NCBI GenBank assembly: GCA_963695025.1
Contig: CAVOFQ010000002.1
Span: 215,272-279,271 of the forward strand
Length of the DNA stretch: 64,000 nt
Source of the DNA: an uncultured Actinomycetes bacterium
Lineage (GTDB): Bacteria; Actinomycetota; Thermoleophilia; Gaiellales; JAICJC01
Direction: 5' to 3'
The position numbers were made by a program, and so were the translations under genes. The notes under the pieces were generated by a model, which did not search any database, was not told the DNA's origin, and saw only the letters and a list, made by a program, of their open reading frames with translations. Shown here piece after piece: positions 26,644 to 35,972 of this stretch. Every line of letters begins with the position of its first letter. Position 1 is the first letter of the stretch.

Positions 26644-27644
26644 GCCCCGTCCTCGGCCGCCGCCCGGCCGGCGTCCGTTGCCAGCAGGTCGCGCAGCTGT
26701 CCCGGGCCGATGTTGCCGCCGCTGCAGACGAGCGCGACCCGCTTACCCGCCAGCTTGTCGCGCAGGGCCAGTGCGCCGGCGAGCGCCGCAGCTCCCGCGG
26801 GCTCGACCAGGTTGCTGGTGGCGGCGATCATCCGCACCGTCGCCGCCCGCAGGTCGTCCTCGCCGACGAGGACGAACTCGTCGAGGTGCCGCCACAGGAT
26901 GCGCTGCGGCAGCTCGAATGCGACCCGGGTCGCGAGCCCCTCGGCGAACGTCTGCATCCGATCCTCGACCAGCTCCCGCCCGCTCCACGAGCGCTGGGCG
27001 GCCGGCGCGGCGCTCGACTGGACGCCGATGACAGTGATCTCGGGCCGGATCGCCTTGGCGACGATGCACGCGCCGGCGGCGCCGCTGCCGCCTCCGATCG
27101 GGACGACGATCACGTCGAGCTCGGGCTCGTCCTCGAGCATCTCGAGGGTCGCCGTGCCGACACCGGCGATCAGGTGCGGCTCGTTGCCGGAGTGGATGTA
27201 GCGCAGGCCGTCGCGGTTTGCGAGCCGCTCGCACTCCTCGCGGGCGACGTCGAAGTCACGCCCGTGGACGACGATGGTTGCGCCGTGCGCCCGGATCGCG
27301 GCCAGCTTGAGCGGGTTTGCGCCCTCGGGGACGCAGACGGTGGCCGGGACGCCGAAGAGGCGGGCGGCGTAGGCGATCGACTGGCCGTGGTTGCCGGTCG
27401 ACGCCGTGATCAGGCCACGCTCGCGCTCGGCCGCGTCGAGCTGCGAGACGAGGTTGATCCCGCCGCGCACCTTGAAGGCGGCGGTCGGGTGGTGGTTCTC
27501 GTGCTTGACCCAGACGTCGGCGCCGACGAGATCGGCCAGCCGCGGATAGCGGCGGAAGGCCGTGCGCGGCAGGTGCGGCCCGATCCGGCGCCGCGCGGCG
27601 AGCACGTCGGCCAGGCCGGGCGCGGATTCGGGATAGTCGTCCAC
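26640..27644 (-). CDS. threonine ammonia-lyase / serine-threonine dehydratase family PLP enzyme
   Basis: HENHHPTAAFKVRGG (PLP lysine), STGNHGQSIA and VVPIGGGSGAAG are present. I chose the GTG at 27644 (334 aa); the track start at 27893 would add an implausible Pro/Gly-rich extension. Confidence 0.8.
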   Translation of the reverse strand: MDDYPESAPGLADVLAARRRIGPHLPRTAFRRYPRLADLVGADVWVKHENHHPTAAFKVRGGINLVSQLDAAERERGLITASTGNHGQSIAYAARLFGVPATVCVPEGANPLKLAAIRAHGATIVVHGRDFDVAREECERLANRDGLRYIHSGNEPHLIAGVGTATLEMLEDEPELDVIVVPIGGGSGAAGACIVAKAIRPEITVIGVQSSAAPAAQRSWSGRELVEDRMQTFAEGLATRVAFELPQRILWRHLDEFVLVGEDDLRAATVRMIAATSNLVEPAGAAALAGALALRDKLAGKRVALVCSGGNIGPGQLRDLLATDAGRAAAEDGA

Positions 27645-27681
27645 GCCGGGATTATGGCCGCGCCGGGAGTAGGCTGGGCGA

Positions 27682-28107
27682 ATGGGGGAAGCGCCGACCG
27701 TCGCCGACGTGGTGGCCGCATGGAACAGCCCGGGTAATCGGGCCACCAGAGAGGCGACCGCCCCGCCCAATGGCCCGGTCGGGCCGTTCCGGGTGATCGG
27801 AGCCGGACGCGACGTCGTCGCGAGCCCCGAGGGACCGTACGAAGTCCGCGTGGCGGTGACCCAGCCCCGGGGATCCATCTTGAGGACAGCCACGCCAGTA
27901 CATGGGTGGGTCGTGTACTTCTGGTACGCGACGGGGTACCGCGGCGGCCCCGCGATGGTGACATTCGACGCCAGGCGCGACCGGAGCGGTTTCGACCTCG
28001 ACCCCGCGGTGCTCTACTTCGGTGTGAACACCAAGGTGCGCGGCAACCCGCGTGCCACCCATCGGCCGGACGGGAGTCTCGAGCTCGTTCGCTCGCTGGT
28101 TGGTTGA
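27682..28107 (+). CDS. hypothetical protein
   Basis: 141-aa ORF filling an otherwise empty gap. It has genome-typical G/C-rich third positions and no recognisable motif. Confidence 0.4.
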   Translation: MGEAPTVADVVAAWNSPGNRATREATAPPNGPVGPFRVIGAGRDVVASPEGPYEVRVAVTQPRGSILRTATPVHGWVVYFWYATGYRGGPAMVTFDARRDRSGFDLDPAVLYFGVNTKVRGNPRATHRPDGSLELVRSLVG

Positions 28108-28136
28108 ACTTCCCAGCGACCGGATAGCATCGCCGG

Positions 28137-29069
28137 GTGCGCTGGCTGGCGAAGTCCGCCCTGCAGAATGCGATCTCGGTGCTTCCCGGAAGCGTTGCGG
28201 TGAACGGCCTGCTGCAGCGCTACGGCACCGGCTCGGTGGTGATGACGCCCGAGCGGGTGGTCGCACGGCTCGTGCGGGTGGGCGGGCGGCACGTCGAGCA
28301 CCAGCGCCGGTTCGGAGAGCAGCCGCTCGAGCAGACCACCGTCGTCGAGGTCGGCACCGGCTTCGCGCCGCTCCTGCCTGTCGGCCTCTACCTGGCCGGC
28401 GCCGCGGCGGTGCACACCTACGACATCGCCCAGCTCGCGAACGCCGCCCGCACGGTCGACCTGCTGCACCAGATCGTCGCCGCCGCCGACTCAGGGGCGC
28501 TCGAGCGCGAGTGCCCGTGGACGCTGCCCGACCGGCTCGAGCGCCTGCGCGAGATCGCGGCCGGCCCGGCGGTCGGCCTGCATCCGCTGCTCGCCGAGAT
28601 GGGCATCACCTATCACGTCGGCGACGCGACCCGGTCGGGCCTCGCGGCCAGATCCGCCCAGCTCTTCGTGACCAACAACGTGTTCGAGCACGTTCCCGCC
28701 GGGGTGATCAGCGCCCTGCTGGCCGAGGCGCACCGCACCGGGGTTCCCGGCGCGCTCGTGAGCCACCACATCGACCTGCGCGACCACTACGCCAAGTTCG
28801 ACCGCAGCGTGAGCGTCTACAACTCGCTGCGCTTCTCATCGCGCCAATGGCGCCTGCTCAACAGCCGGATGGAGCCGCAGAACCGCCTGCGCCATTCCGA
28901 CTACCTGCGGCTGGTGGACGAGGCGGGGTTCGATCTGCTCCTGGACGACTCACGCACGGGGCCCGACGCGGCCTTCGCCGCCGTCGCGCTCGCGCCGGAG
29001 TTTCGCCGCTATGCCGAGGACGACCTGCGCGTGATCGACATGTGGGTCGCCGCCCGCCGCCGCGACTGA
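28137..29069 (+). CDS. class I SAM-dependent methyltransferase-like protein
   Basis: 310 aa with a motif I-like VVEVGTGFAPLLP and a later VTNNVFEHVP. The assignment rests on motif pattern only. Confidence 0.6.
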   Translation: MRWLAKSALQNAISVLPGSVAVNGLLQRYGTGSVVMTPERVVARLVRVGGRHVEHQRRFGEQPLEQTTVVEVGTGFAPLLPVGLYLAGAAAVHTYDIAQLANAARTVDLLHQIVAAADSGALERECPWTLPDRLERLREIAAGPAVGLHPLLAEMGITYHVGDATRSGLAARSAQLFVTNNVFEHVPAGVISALLAEAHRTGVPGALVSHHIDLRDHYAKFDRSVSVYNSLRFSSRQWRLLNSRMEPQNRLRHSDYLRLVDEAGFDLLLDDSRTGPDAAFAAVALAPEFRRYAEDDLRVIDMWVAARRRD

Positions 29070-29071
29070 CG

Positions 29072-30002
29072 TCAGCCCGGCTCGCTCGAGAGCGGCGTGC
29101 CCAGCATCTCGAGGCTCTCGCGCTCGGACTCGATCGCGGCCGGGTCGAAGCGGAAGTACGACCGCGGCGGCAGCGGCCCCCACGTGTTCGACGAGAAGCG
29201 GTCGTCGGGGAAGGTGCGCGGTTCATGGTCGGGCTCCAGGAGCTCCATGTCGCAATAGCACTCGACGTGCAGCGGCTCCTCGGTGATGCGGACGTAGCCG
29301 CACATGTTCTGCGCGATCCCGTGGCGGACCGGCCCCCACGACAGCCACCGGCCGTGCTGGCCCAGGTTGTCGAAGAGCGCCCGCAGCGCGCCGAAGTCGA
29401 CGTAGTCGAGCGCGAAGTGGTGAAAGTGGGGCCGGCCGGCCTTGACGAGCGCGACCTGGTGGTGCTCGGCGCTCACGTGGAGCCACGTGCCGGCGTCGCC
29501 CAGGTAGTCGGAGACCTCCATCCCGAGCACGTCGGTGTGGAAGCGCGTGACCGTTTCCATGTCACCGGTCAGGCGGTTGACGTGCCCCAGCTTGCGCGGC
29601 CGCAGCGCCGGCAGGCCGGTGGCCGGGCGGGCCACCGCCGGGCGCCGGTCGTCCTCGTCGAGGAATGCCACGAGGTGGTTCTCGAACCCCTCGGGGTCGG
29701 TCACCGACAGGTGGTCGCCACGGTCATCCCAGGCCTCCCATGTGGAACCGAGAAACGTCGCGGGCGGCGTCCAGCGAGACGCTTCGGCGCAACTGCCACG
29801 CGCAGTGGGCAAAACCGACCGCCTCATCCGGGCCCGCCCGCACCAACTCGAGCGAGTACGGCTCGAAGTCGCACGCGAGCGTGGCCCGGTCATGCGAGAC
29901 CTCGCGCACCGTGAGCCCGAACTGGATCGCGTAGCGACGCGCGGCCTCGGCGACGTCGCCGACCCGCAAGCAGACGTGATCGATCTTTCGAAGCCGAATC
30001 AT
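29072..30002 (-). pseudogene. two-domain VOC / extradiol (catechol 2,3-) dioxygenase-like protein, frame disrupted (or sequencing error)
   Basis: The N-terminal domain lies in ORF 29724..30002 (MIRLRKIDHVCLRVGDV..). The remainder lies in ORF 29072..29893 (..LGHVNRLTGDME..HHQVALV..HHFALDY..). The two frames differ by +1, with the junction near 29759-29768 (minus-strand CCC run). Length is 3n+1. Confidence 0.7.
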
Positions 30003-30034
30003 CCGCGTGTCCCGGCGCCCATGATAGATCGGCG

Positions 30035-31450
30035 ATGATGCAGGACGTGAACGACACGCCGCTCGCCCTCGGCGATGCCCGCCTCGAGACGCTCGAGCAC
30101 GGACTCGCCCTGATCCTCGAGTCGTGGCGCGGGTTCGACCACGCCCGGCCCTACCAGCCGCCGATCACCGAGCGCACCCACGCCCTGCTGTCCGAGGACC
30201 TGCCCGAGATGGGCGTCGGCCCGCACGCGGCGCTGGACGAGGTCAGCGAGCTGCTCGACGAGAGCCTCGCCCAGGTGCGGCCGCGATTCTTCGGCTACGT
30301 CGGCTCATCGGGGCTCGAGCTGGGCGTGCTGGCCGATGCGCTGGCCGCATCCCACGACATCAACCTGGCCGCGAGCGCGGCGGCGGCTGACCTGGTCGAG
30401 AAGCAGACGCTGCGCTGGGTCGGCGACTTCGTGGGGTTCCCGGCGGCGTCGGGTGCGTTTACGAGCGGCGGGATGCTCTCCAATCTCACAGCGCTGGCGG
30501 CCGCGCGCGAGCGCGCCCAGCCCGGGAGCCGTATCGACGGCTGCGACGGCCGGGGCGTCGTCTACACGAGCGTCGAGGCGCACTCGAGCGTCGAACGCGC
30601 GGTCGAGGTGCTGGGCTTCGGGCGGCGTTCCCTGCGGGCGATCGAGATCGACTCGAAGCGGGGCATGCGCACCGAGATGCTCGCGGCCGCGCTCGAGCAC
30701 GACATCGGCGAGGGGCGGGTGCCGGTGGCGGTAGTCGCAAGTGCCGGGACGACGCTCACCGGCGCCGTCGACCCCATACGGGCGATCGCCGAGGTATGCG
30801 CCCGCCACCGCGTCTGGCTGCATGTGGACGGCGCGTACGGGCTGCCCGCGGCCGGGACTCCGTCGGCGCGCGCGCTCTTCGACGGCCTCGAGCTGGCGGA
30901 CTCCGCGGCGCTCGACGGGCACAAGTGGCTGTTCGTCCCGAAGGCCTGCGGTGTCCTCCTGGTGCGCAACCGGTCCGATCTCGAGGCCGCCTTCTCACAC
31001 GACGCGCCCTACATCCCCGACATCGACCTGGTCGAGCATCCGGTCGACTGGACACTCGAGTACTCGCGGCCGTTCAGGGCGCTCAAGCTCTGGCTCGCCC
31101 TGCGCGCACACGGAGCCTCGGCATTCCGCGACGCCATCGAGCACGACCTCGAGCTCGCCCGGATCGTGGCCGACCGCGTTCGCGCCGCCGACGACCTGGA
31201 GCTCCTGGTCGAGCCGGCGCTCTCGATCGTGCCCTTCCGCCGCATCCCCGCGCGGGGCGACGTCGACGAGCACAACCGCCGCCTCGTCCGGGCACTGCAG
31301 GAGGACGGCCGGCTCTACGTGACGGCGGCGATGATCGATGGGCAGTGGTGCCTGCGGCCGTGCATCGTCAACTTCCGCACCACGGTCGAGGATGCGCACG
31401 CACTGGTCGACATCGCCCGCGAGATCGGCCGCCGGATCGAGGCCGAGTAA
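30035..31450 (+). CDS. pyridoxal-dependent (group II) amino-acid decarboxylase
   Basis: 471 aa with FTSGGMLSNLTALAAAR, HVDGAYG and the PLP lysine in DGHKWLFVPKACG. Confidence 0.9.
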   Translation: MMQDVNDTPLALGDARLETLEHGLALILESWRGFDHARPYQPPITERTHALLSEDLPEMGVGPHAALDEVSELLDESLAQVRPRFFGYVGSSGLELGVLADALAASHDINLAASAAAADLVEKQTLRWVGDFVGFPAASGAFTSGGMLSNLTALAAARERAQPGSRIDGCDGRGVVYTSVEAHSSVERAVEVLGFGRRSLRAIEIDSKRGMRTEMLAAALEHDIGEGRVPVAVVASAGTTLTGAVDPIRAIAEVCARHRVWLHVDGAYGLPAAGTPSARALFDGLELADSAALDGHKWLFVPKACGVLLVRNRSDLEAAFSHDAPYIPDIDLVEHPVDWTLEYSRPFRALKLWLALRAHGASAFRDAIEHDLELARIVADRVRAADDLELLVEPALSIVPFRRIPARGDVDEHNRRLVRALQEDGRLYVTAAMIDGQWCLRPCIVNFRTTVEDAHALVDIAREIGRRIEAE

Positions 31451-31459
31451 CCGGCGGGC

Positions 31460-32857
31460 TCACTCGGCGAGGGCGGTCCAGGGCTCGTGCCAGCCGCCAC
31501 GCCCTGCGGTCAGCTTGTCGGCCTCGGCCGGGCCCCAGCTGCCACGCTCGTAGGGGATCACAGGTGGCGGGTTGTCGAGCGCCGGCTGCACGATTCGCCA
31601 CGTCTCCTCGACGGAGTCCTGGCGCGTGAAGTGGGTGCGATCGCCGCGCAGGGCGGCGGAGAGGAGCTCCTCGTAGGGGGTGGGCGTGATCGCGCCGGGG
31701 TCGCCGAGCTCGACGTCGAGGTTGACGGTCTCGACACCCGGCTTGCCGGTTCGCAGCGACTGCAGCTGGATGCTCGTGCCGGGCTCCGGGTCGATGCGCA
31801 GGATGTAGTGGTTGGGCTCGGGCCGGTGGCCGCCTCCGATGAAGCGGAGCCGGGGCGGATGCTTGAACACGACCCGCACCTCGGTGGCGCGCACCGGCAG
31901 CGCCTTGCCGGCGCGGATGTAGAAGGGCACGCCCGCCCAGCGCCAGTTGTCGATCTCGGCGCGGAGCGCCACGAAGGTCTCGGTGTCCGAGTCCGCCGCA
32001 ACGCCGTCGACCTCGCGGTAGCCGGCGTACTGGCCGCGCACCATCCGGCCGGGATCCAGGTCGGGCATGGCCGAGAAGACGTCGTGCTTGCGGTCGTCCA
32101 CCGCGTCGGAGCCCGCCCGCGACGGCGGCTCCATGGCGATCAGGCTGAGCACCTGCAGGAGGTGGTTTTGGACGACGTCGCGCAGGGCGCCCACCGCGTC
32201 GTAGAAGCGCCCGCGGCCCTCCACGCCGAAGTCCTCCGCCATCGTCAGCTGCACGCTGGCGACGTGGTTTCGGTTCCAGACGGGCTCGAGCAGCGAGTTT
32301 GCAAAGCGCAGATAGAGGATGTCCTCGACGGGCATCTTGCCGAGGAAGTGGTCGATGCGGAAGAGCTGCGCCTCGTCGATCAGGGCGTGCAGGTCGGCGT
32401 TGAGCTGACGGGCCGACGCCAGGTCATGGCCGAAGGGCTTTTCGACCACCACACGCGAGTTCTTCGTCAGGCCCGCGTCGGAGAGCCCCTTGACCACGGT
32501 GGCGAAGAGAAACGGCGGAATCTCGAGGTAGAACGTCGGGTGAGACGCTCTGGCGATCGCCTTGGCCAGACGCTGATACGTGTCGGCCTCGCCGAAGTCG
32601 CCGCGGACGTACGAGAGCTTGGCGGCGAGACGCGCGAAGACGTCGTCGTCGAGCGTCGTGCCGACCGCCTTGATCGAGTCGCGGGCGCGCGTTCGCAGGT
32701 CGTCGTCGGACATGTCGTCGGCGGCGACGCCCACGATCGGACAGGCGAGGATCCCGCGGGCCTCCAGCAGGTAGAGCGCCTGAAAGGTCATCTTGCGCGC
32801 GAGGTCGCCGGTGATCCCGAAGATCACCAGCGCATCGCCTTTTGCGGGGCGCGTCAC
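31460..32857 (-). CDS. zwf: glucose-6-phosphate dehydrogenase
   Basis: 465 aa with FGITGDLARKM, RIDHFLGK and DVVQNHLLQVL. Confidence 0.95.
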   Translation of the reverse strand: MTRPAKGDALVIFGITGDLARKMTFQALYLLEARGILACPIVGVAADDMSDDDLRTRARDSIKAVGTTLDDDVFARLAAKLSYVRGDFGEADTYQRLAKAIARASHPTFYLEIPPFLFATVVKGLSDAGLTKNSRVVVEKPFGHDLASARQLNADLHALIDEAQLFRIDHFLGKMPVEDILYLRFANSLLEPVWNRNHVASVQLTMAEDFGVEGRGRFYDAVGALRDVVQNHLLQVLSLIAMEPPSRAGSDAVDDRKHDVFSAMPDLDPGRMVRGQYAGYREVDGVAADSDTETFVALRAEIDNWRWAGVPFYIRAGKALPVRATEVRVVFKHPPRLRFIGGGHRPEPNHYILRIDPEPGTSIQLQSLRTGKPGVETVNLDVELGDPGAITPTPYEELLSAALRGDRTHFTRQDSVEETWRIVQPALDNPPPVIPYERGSWGPAEADKLTAGRGGWHEPWTALAE

Positions 32858-32899
32858 TGCGCCGTCAGCCTAGCCCTCGTGGCCGCAGCGTCGCCGCGG

Positions 32900-33886
32900 T
32901 CAGCGGCTGCGCCACTCGGCCAGGAGCTCGGCCTCACGCTCCCGCGTGAGCGCATCGCCGCGGGGGGAGTCGCACTCGCGTGTCCACCGCAGCGTGTCGG
33001 CGACGGTCTCCGCGATCGGGCGGATGCGCAGGCCGGCCGCGAGCGCACGGGAGACGTCGGAGCGGTGGAAGCCGGCGTACTCGTCGCCGGGCATCCACAC
33101 GGGGATCTCGCTCCACGGCTCGATGCCGCGCTCGAGCAGGAACTGCTCGGCAACCCACACGGTCTGCGATTCGGCGGTGCTCGCCTGCCGGCAGGCATCG
33201 AGCACGCCTTCGAGCGTGAGCATGCCGGTGGGCGAGACGACGTCGAACGTGCCGCCCACGCCGCGCTCGAGCAGGTCCAGGGCAAACGCCGCCAGGTCGC
33301 GGGCGTCGATCACCTGGATGGGCTGGCCGGGCGGCTCCGGGGCCAGCACGTCGCCGCCCTCCGCGACCCGCCGGGGCCAGTACGTGAAGCGGCCGGTGGG
33401 GTCGTGGGGGCCCACGATCAGGCCGGGCCGCAGGATGAGGGCGCGGTGTCCGAACGCGTCCAGAACCGCCTGCTCGCAGCGCGCCTTGAGCGGGCCGTAG
33501 CTCTCGGCGGTGACCTCGTCGTCCGGCTCTCCGTCGGGAAGCTCGCCGATCGGCGAGTCCTCGTTCGCGCTGGGAACGGAGTGGTCGGCGTACACGCTGC
33601 GGCTGGACACGAACAGGTAGCGGCCCGCCGTCTCGGCCAGCAACCCCGCGGAGCGCTCGACGTCGGCGGGGAGGTAGCCGGACATGTCAGCGACCGCATC
33701 GAAGCGCCGGCCGCGGAGCCCCTCGAGGTTCCCGGCTCGTTCCCCGACCACTCGCTCGACGCCGGGAAAGAGCCCCGGCGCGGCCTGCCCGCGGTTGAAG
33801 AGCGTGACGTCGTGCCCTCGCTCCAGGGCGAGCTCGACCAGATGCCGCCCGGCGAAAACGGTTCCTCCCAGAACGAGCAGACGCAT
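32900..33886 (-). CDS. NAD-dependent epimerase/dehydratase family (SDR) protein
   Basis: MRLLVLGGTVFAGRHLV (Rossmann GxxGxxG), 328 aa. Confidence 0.8.
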   Translation of the reverse strand: MRLLVLGGTVFAGRHLVELALERGHDVTLFNRGQAAPGLFPGVERVVGERAGNLEGLRGRRFDAVADMSGYLPADVERSAGLLAETAGRYLFVSSRSVYADHSVPSANEDSPIGELPDGEPDDEVTAESYGPLKARCEQAVLDAFGHRALILRPGLIVGPHDPTGRFTYWPRRVAEGGDVLAPEPPGQPIQVIDARDLAAFALDLLERGVGGTFDVVSPTGMLTLEGVLDACRQASTAESQTVWVAEQFLLERGIEPWSEIPVWMPGDEYAGFHRSDVSRALAAGLRIRPIAETVADTLRWTRECDSPRGDALTREREAELLAEWRSR

Positions 33887-33918
33887 CGGCGCAGTATACG
33901 CAACCAGTCAGTTGCGCG

Positions 33919-34020
33919 TCACAGCGGCTGCACACCTCCGAGGACCGGGTGCACGGTGACCCGACCACCGCACCCCCTGGCCGCGAGCGCGGCCACCCTG
34001 CCCATCGATCGTCTGCTCAT
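33919..34020 (-). pseudogene. internally deleted remnant of a DUF4232 paralogue
   Basis: Hand-translated 33-aa ORF: MSRRSMGRVAALAARGCGGRVTVHPVLGGVQPL. It joins the signal-peptide start and the last ~17 residues of the neighbouring gene 34159..34695. The upstream leader is also duplicated. Confidence 0.45.
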
Positions 34021-34118
34021 GACTCCCCGCATCCTTGCCTCCTCCGTTAGCGCCTGTCCCACCACGGTAGGCCGCTTCGGTGGCGGTCCCGGTCACGAAA
34101 TCGCATCGGATCGACGAC

Positions 34119-34146
34119 GAGGGGCGGGGCGCGCGCCCCACCCCTC
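34119..34146 (-). terminator. 14-bp GC hairpin downstream of the DUF4232 gene
   Basis: On the minus strand: GAGGGGTGGGGCGC/GCGCCCCGCCCCTC with one G-U pair, 12 nt after the stop. There is no U tract. Confidence 0.4.
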
Positions 34147-34158
34147 GCGCCGGGCCGG

Positions 34159-34695
34159 TCACAGAGGCTGCACGCCTCCCACGACCGGCAGAACGGTGAT
34201 CCGCCCGCCGCACGCTCGTGCGGGGGAAGGGAACCTGGCCGTCATCGCCTGGTAGTCGTTCGGCGGCCACACCAGGGCAGCCCTCGCGGCCGGGCACGTC
34301 TCGGTGCCTCGAGGGACATCGGAGTACTTCGCGTAGAACGACGCCCGCCCGCCGGGGGGCACCAGCACCGTGTACGGGGTCGCGCGCGCACGGATGACCC
34401 TGGTCTGCATGGGCTGCCCGAACTTGTTCACGAGAGCCATCCCCGGGTAGCCGAAGAACGAACAGGTCGCCGGGCCGACGTTCCAGAACACGTACCGCAC
34501 GCGGGTCGTGCCCGCTGCACCGCTCGACTGGGGCGGCGGCAGCCGCAGGTTGCGGAAGAGGCACCGCGGCGTCGCGCCCACCGTGTGCGTCCCCAACGTC
34601 TGGGCGGCGGCGACCCCCGTGCCACCGGCCACCACCACGGCCAACCCCAGCGCGGCCACCGCACCCCTCGATCGTCTGCTCATGACTCCACGCAC
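34159..34695 (-). CDS. DUF4232 domain-containing secreted protein
   Basis: 178 aa with a signal peptide (AVAALGLAVVVAGGTGVAAAQ) and the Cys-flanked beta-rich pattern C..N.G...C...GYPG...V typical of DUF4232. GGAGGAGG lies 5 nt upstream of the GTG at 34695. Confidence 0.7.
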   Translation of the reverse strand: MRGVMSRRSRGAVAALGLAVVVAGGTGVAAAQTLGTHTVGATPRCLFRNLRLPPPQSSGAAGTTRVRYVFWNVGPATCSFFGYPGMALVNKFGQPMQTRVIRARATPYTVLVPPGGRASFYAKYSDVPRGTETCPAARAALVWPPNDYQAMTARFPSPARACGGRITVLPVVGGVQPL

Positions 34696-34791
34696 ACGTG
34701 CCTCCTCCGGTAGTTGCCTGTCCCATTCACCGTAGGGCGGCCAACTGCCGGCGATGTCACAAGTCCGCGCCGGATCGGCAACACCGATCTA

Positions 34792-34811
34792 CCGGGGACT
34801 GACCCCGGTTT
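34792..34811. repeat. GC palindrome CCGGGGACTGACCCCGG + TTT (family A variant)
   Basis: It differs from the 3141 copy by one base, shares the same TTT tail, and has a GTCAC motif 32 nt upstream, as in the other copies. Confidence 0.55.
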
Positions 34812-34827
34812 GTACGATGGCCCGGTC

Positions 34828-35940
34828 ATGAGCCAGATCTTCTTGCCCAACACCCGGCTGTCTCCGTACCACGCCGCCACACAGGCGGCGGGAGCGACCG
34901 AGTACATGGTCTACAACCACATGTACATGCCGCTCGACTACGGCCGCCCTGCCGCGGAGGACTACCGGGCGCTGCGAGAGGCCGTGACTCTGTGGGACGT
35001 CGGCGCCGAACGGCAGGTGCAGATCCAGGGGCCGGATGCGGTCGCCTTTGCCAACTACCTGGTCACGCGCGACATCTCGGATCTCCCGGCCGGCCACTGC
35101 CGGTATGTGCTCGTGTGCGACGAGACGGGCCGTGTGATCTGCGACCCCGTGCTGCTACGACCGCTCGACGACACCATCTGGCTCTCGCACGGCAGCGTCG
35201 ACCTGTTGCTGTGGGCCAAGGGCATCGGCCTGCACACCCACCACGATGTCCAGGTCACCGAGGCGGACGTTTCACCGTTGCAGCTGCAGGGCCCGAACTC
35301 ACGCGACGTGCTGCACCGGCTCGTCGGAGACTCCGTCGACCGCCTCGCCTACTACGACTGCATGCCGGCCGTGATCGCCGACCACGACGTGATCGTGTCC
35401 CGCACCGGATGGAGCGGCGAGCTCGGCTACGAGATCTTCCCGCTCGGGGCGCCGGGCGCCACCCGGATCTGGGATGCGATCGTGCGGGCGGGTGAGCCGA
35501 GCGGGCTGGTCGTCACCGGCCCGAACGTCGCGCGCGCGATCGAGTCGGGAATCACCGACTGCCAGTACTACACCAACTTCGAGGTCAACGCACTCGAGTT
35601 CAGCCCGCGCCTGGTCGATCTCGACAAGCCGGCCTTCGTTGGCCGAGACGCTCTCCGGAATGTCGCCGCCCAGGGCGTGCGGCGACGAACGATCGGCCTG
35701 CTCGGAGCGCCCGACCGGCTCCCGCGGCTGCAGTGGGCATGGACGGTGCACCGCGACGGAAGCGAGGTGGGGCGTCTGCGCTGGGCGGCCTTCTCGCCCG
35801 CGCTCGAGCGCATGATCGCGATCGCGGTGATCGCCGCCGACCACGCCGACCCCGGCCTCCTCGTGAGCGTCCACCACCACGCGGGCGAGATGGAGATGGA
35901 GACGACGACGCTGCCGTTCGTTCCCCGCAAGGCGTGGTGA
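34828..35940 (+). CDS. aminomethyltransferase family protein (GcvT-like)
   Basis: Start MSQIFLPNTRL at 34828 (370 aa). Motifs: LWDVGAERQVQIQGPDA and SRTGWSGELGYEIF. Confidence 0.85.
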   Translation: MSQIFLPNTRLSPYHAATQAAGATEYMVYNHMYMPLDYGRPAAEDYRALREAVTLWDVGAERQVQIQGPDAVAFANYLVTRDISDLPAGHCRYVLVCDETGRVICDPVLLRPLDDTIWLSHGSVDLLLWAKGIGLHTHHDVQVTEADVSPLQLQGPNSRDVLHRLVGDSVDRLAYYDCMPAVIADHDVIVSRTGWSGELGYEIFPLGAPGATRIWDAIVRAGEPSGLVVTGPNVARAIESGITDCQYYTNFEVNALEFSPRLVDLDKPAFVGRDALRNVAAQGVRRRTIGLLGAPDRLPRLQWAWTVHRDGSEVGRLRWAAFSPALERMIAIAVIAADHADPGLLVSVHHHAGEMEMETTTLPFVPRKAW

Positions 35941-35972
35941 ACGCGTTCACCGCCGTCTGGCCGGCTGTTCGG

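Noticed and set aside
31487-34255. 922-aa + strand ORF covering zwf, the epimerase gene and the DUF4232 remnant. Similar cases are 37884-39896 (+), 55204-57207 (-), 57443-58807 (+) and 60194-62005 (+).
   Set aside because: All are antisense to strongly supported genes (zwf, CocE/NonD, surE/GNAT, rplQ/truA, ribosomal proteins/map) and have no recognisable domains.
34696-34827. Glycine riboswitch upstream of the GcvT-like gene.
   Set aside because: None of the conserved glycine-aptamer blocks (GGAGAG..CACCGAAGGGGCAA..CUCUGGAGAG) is present.
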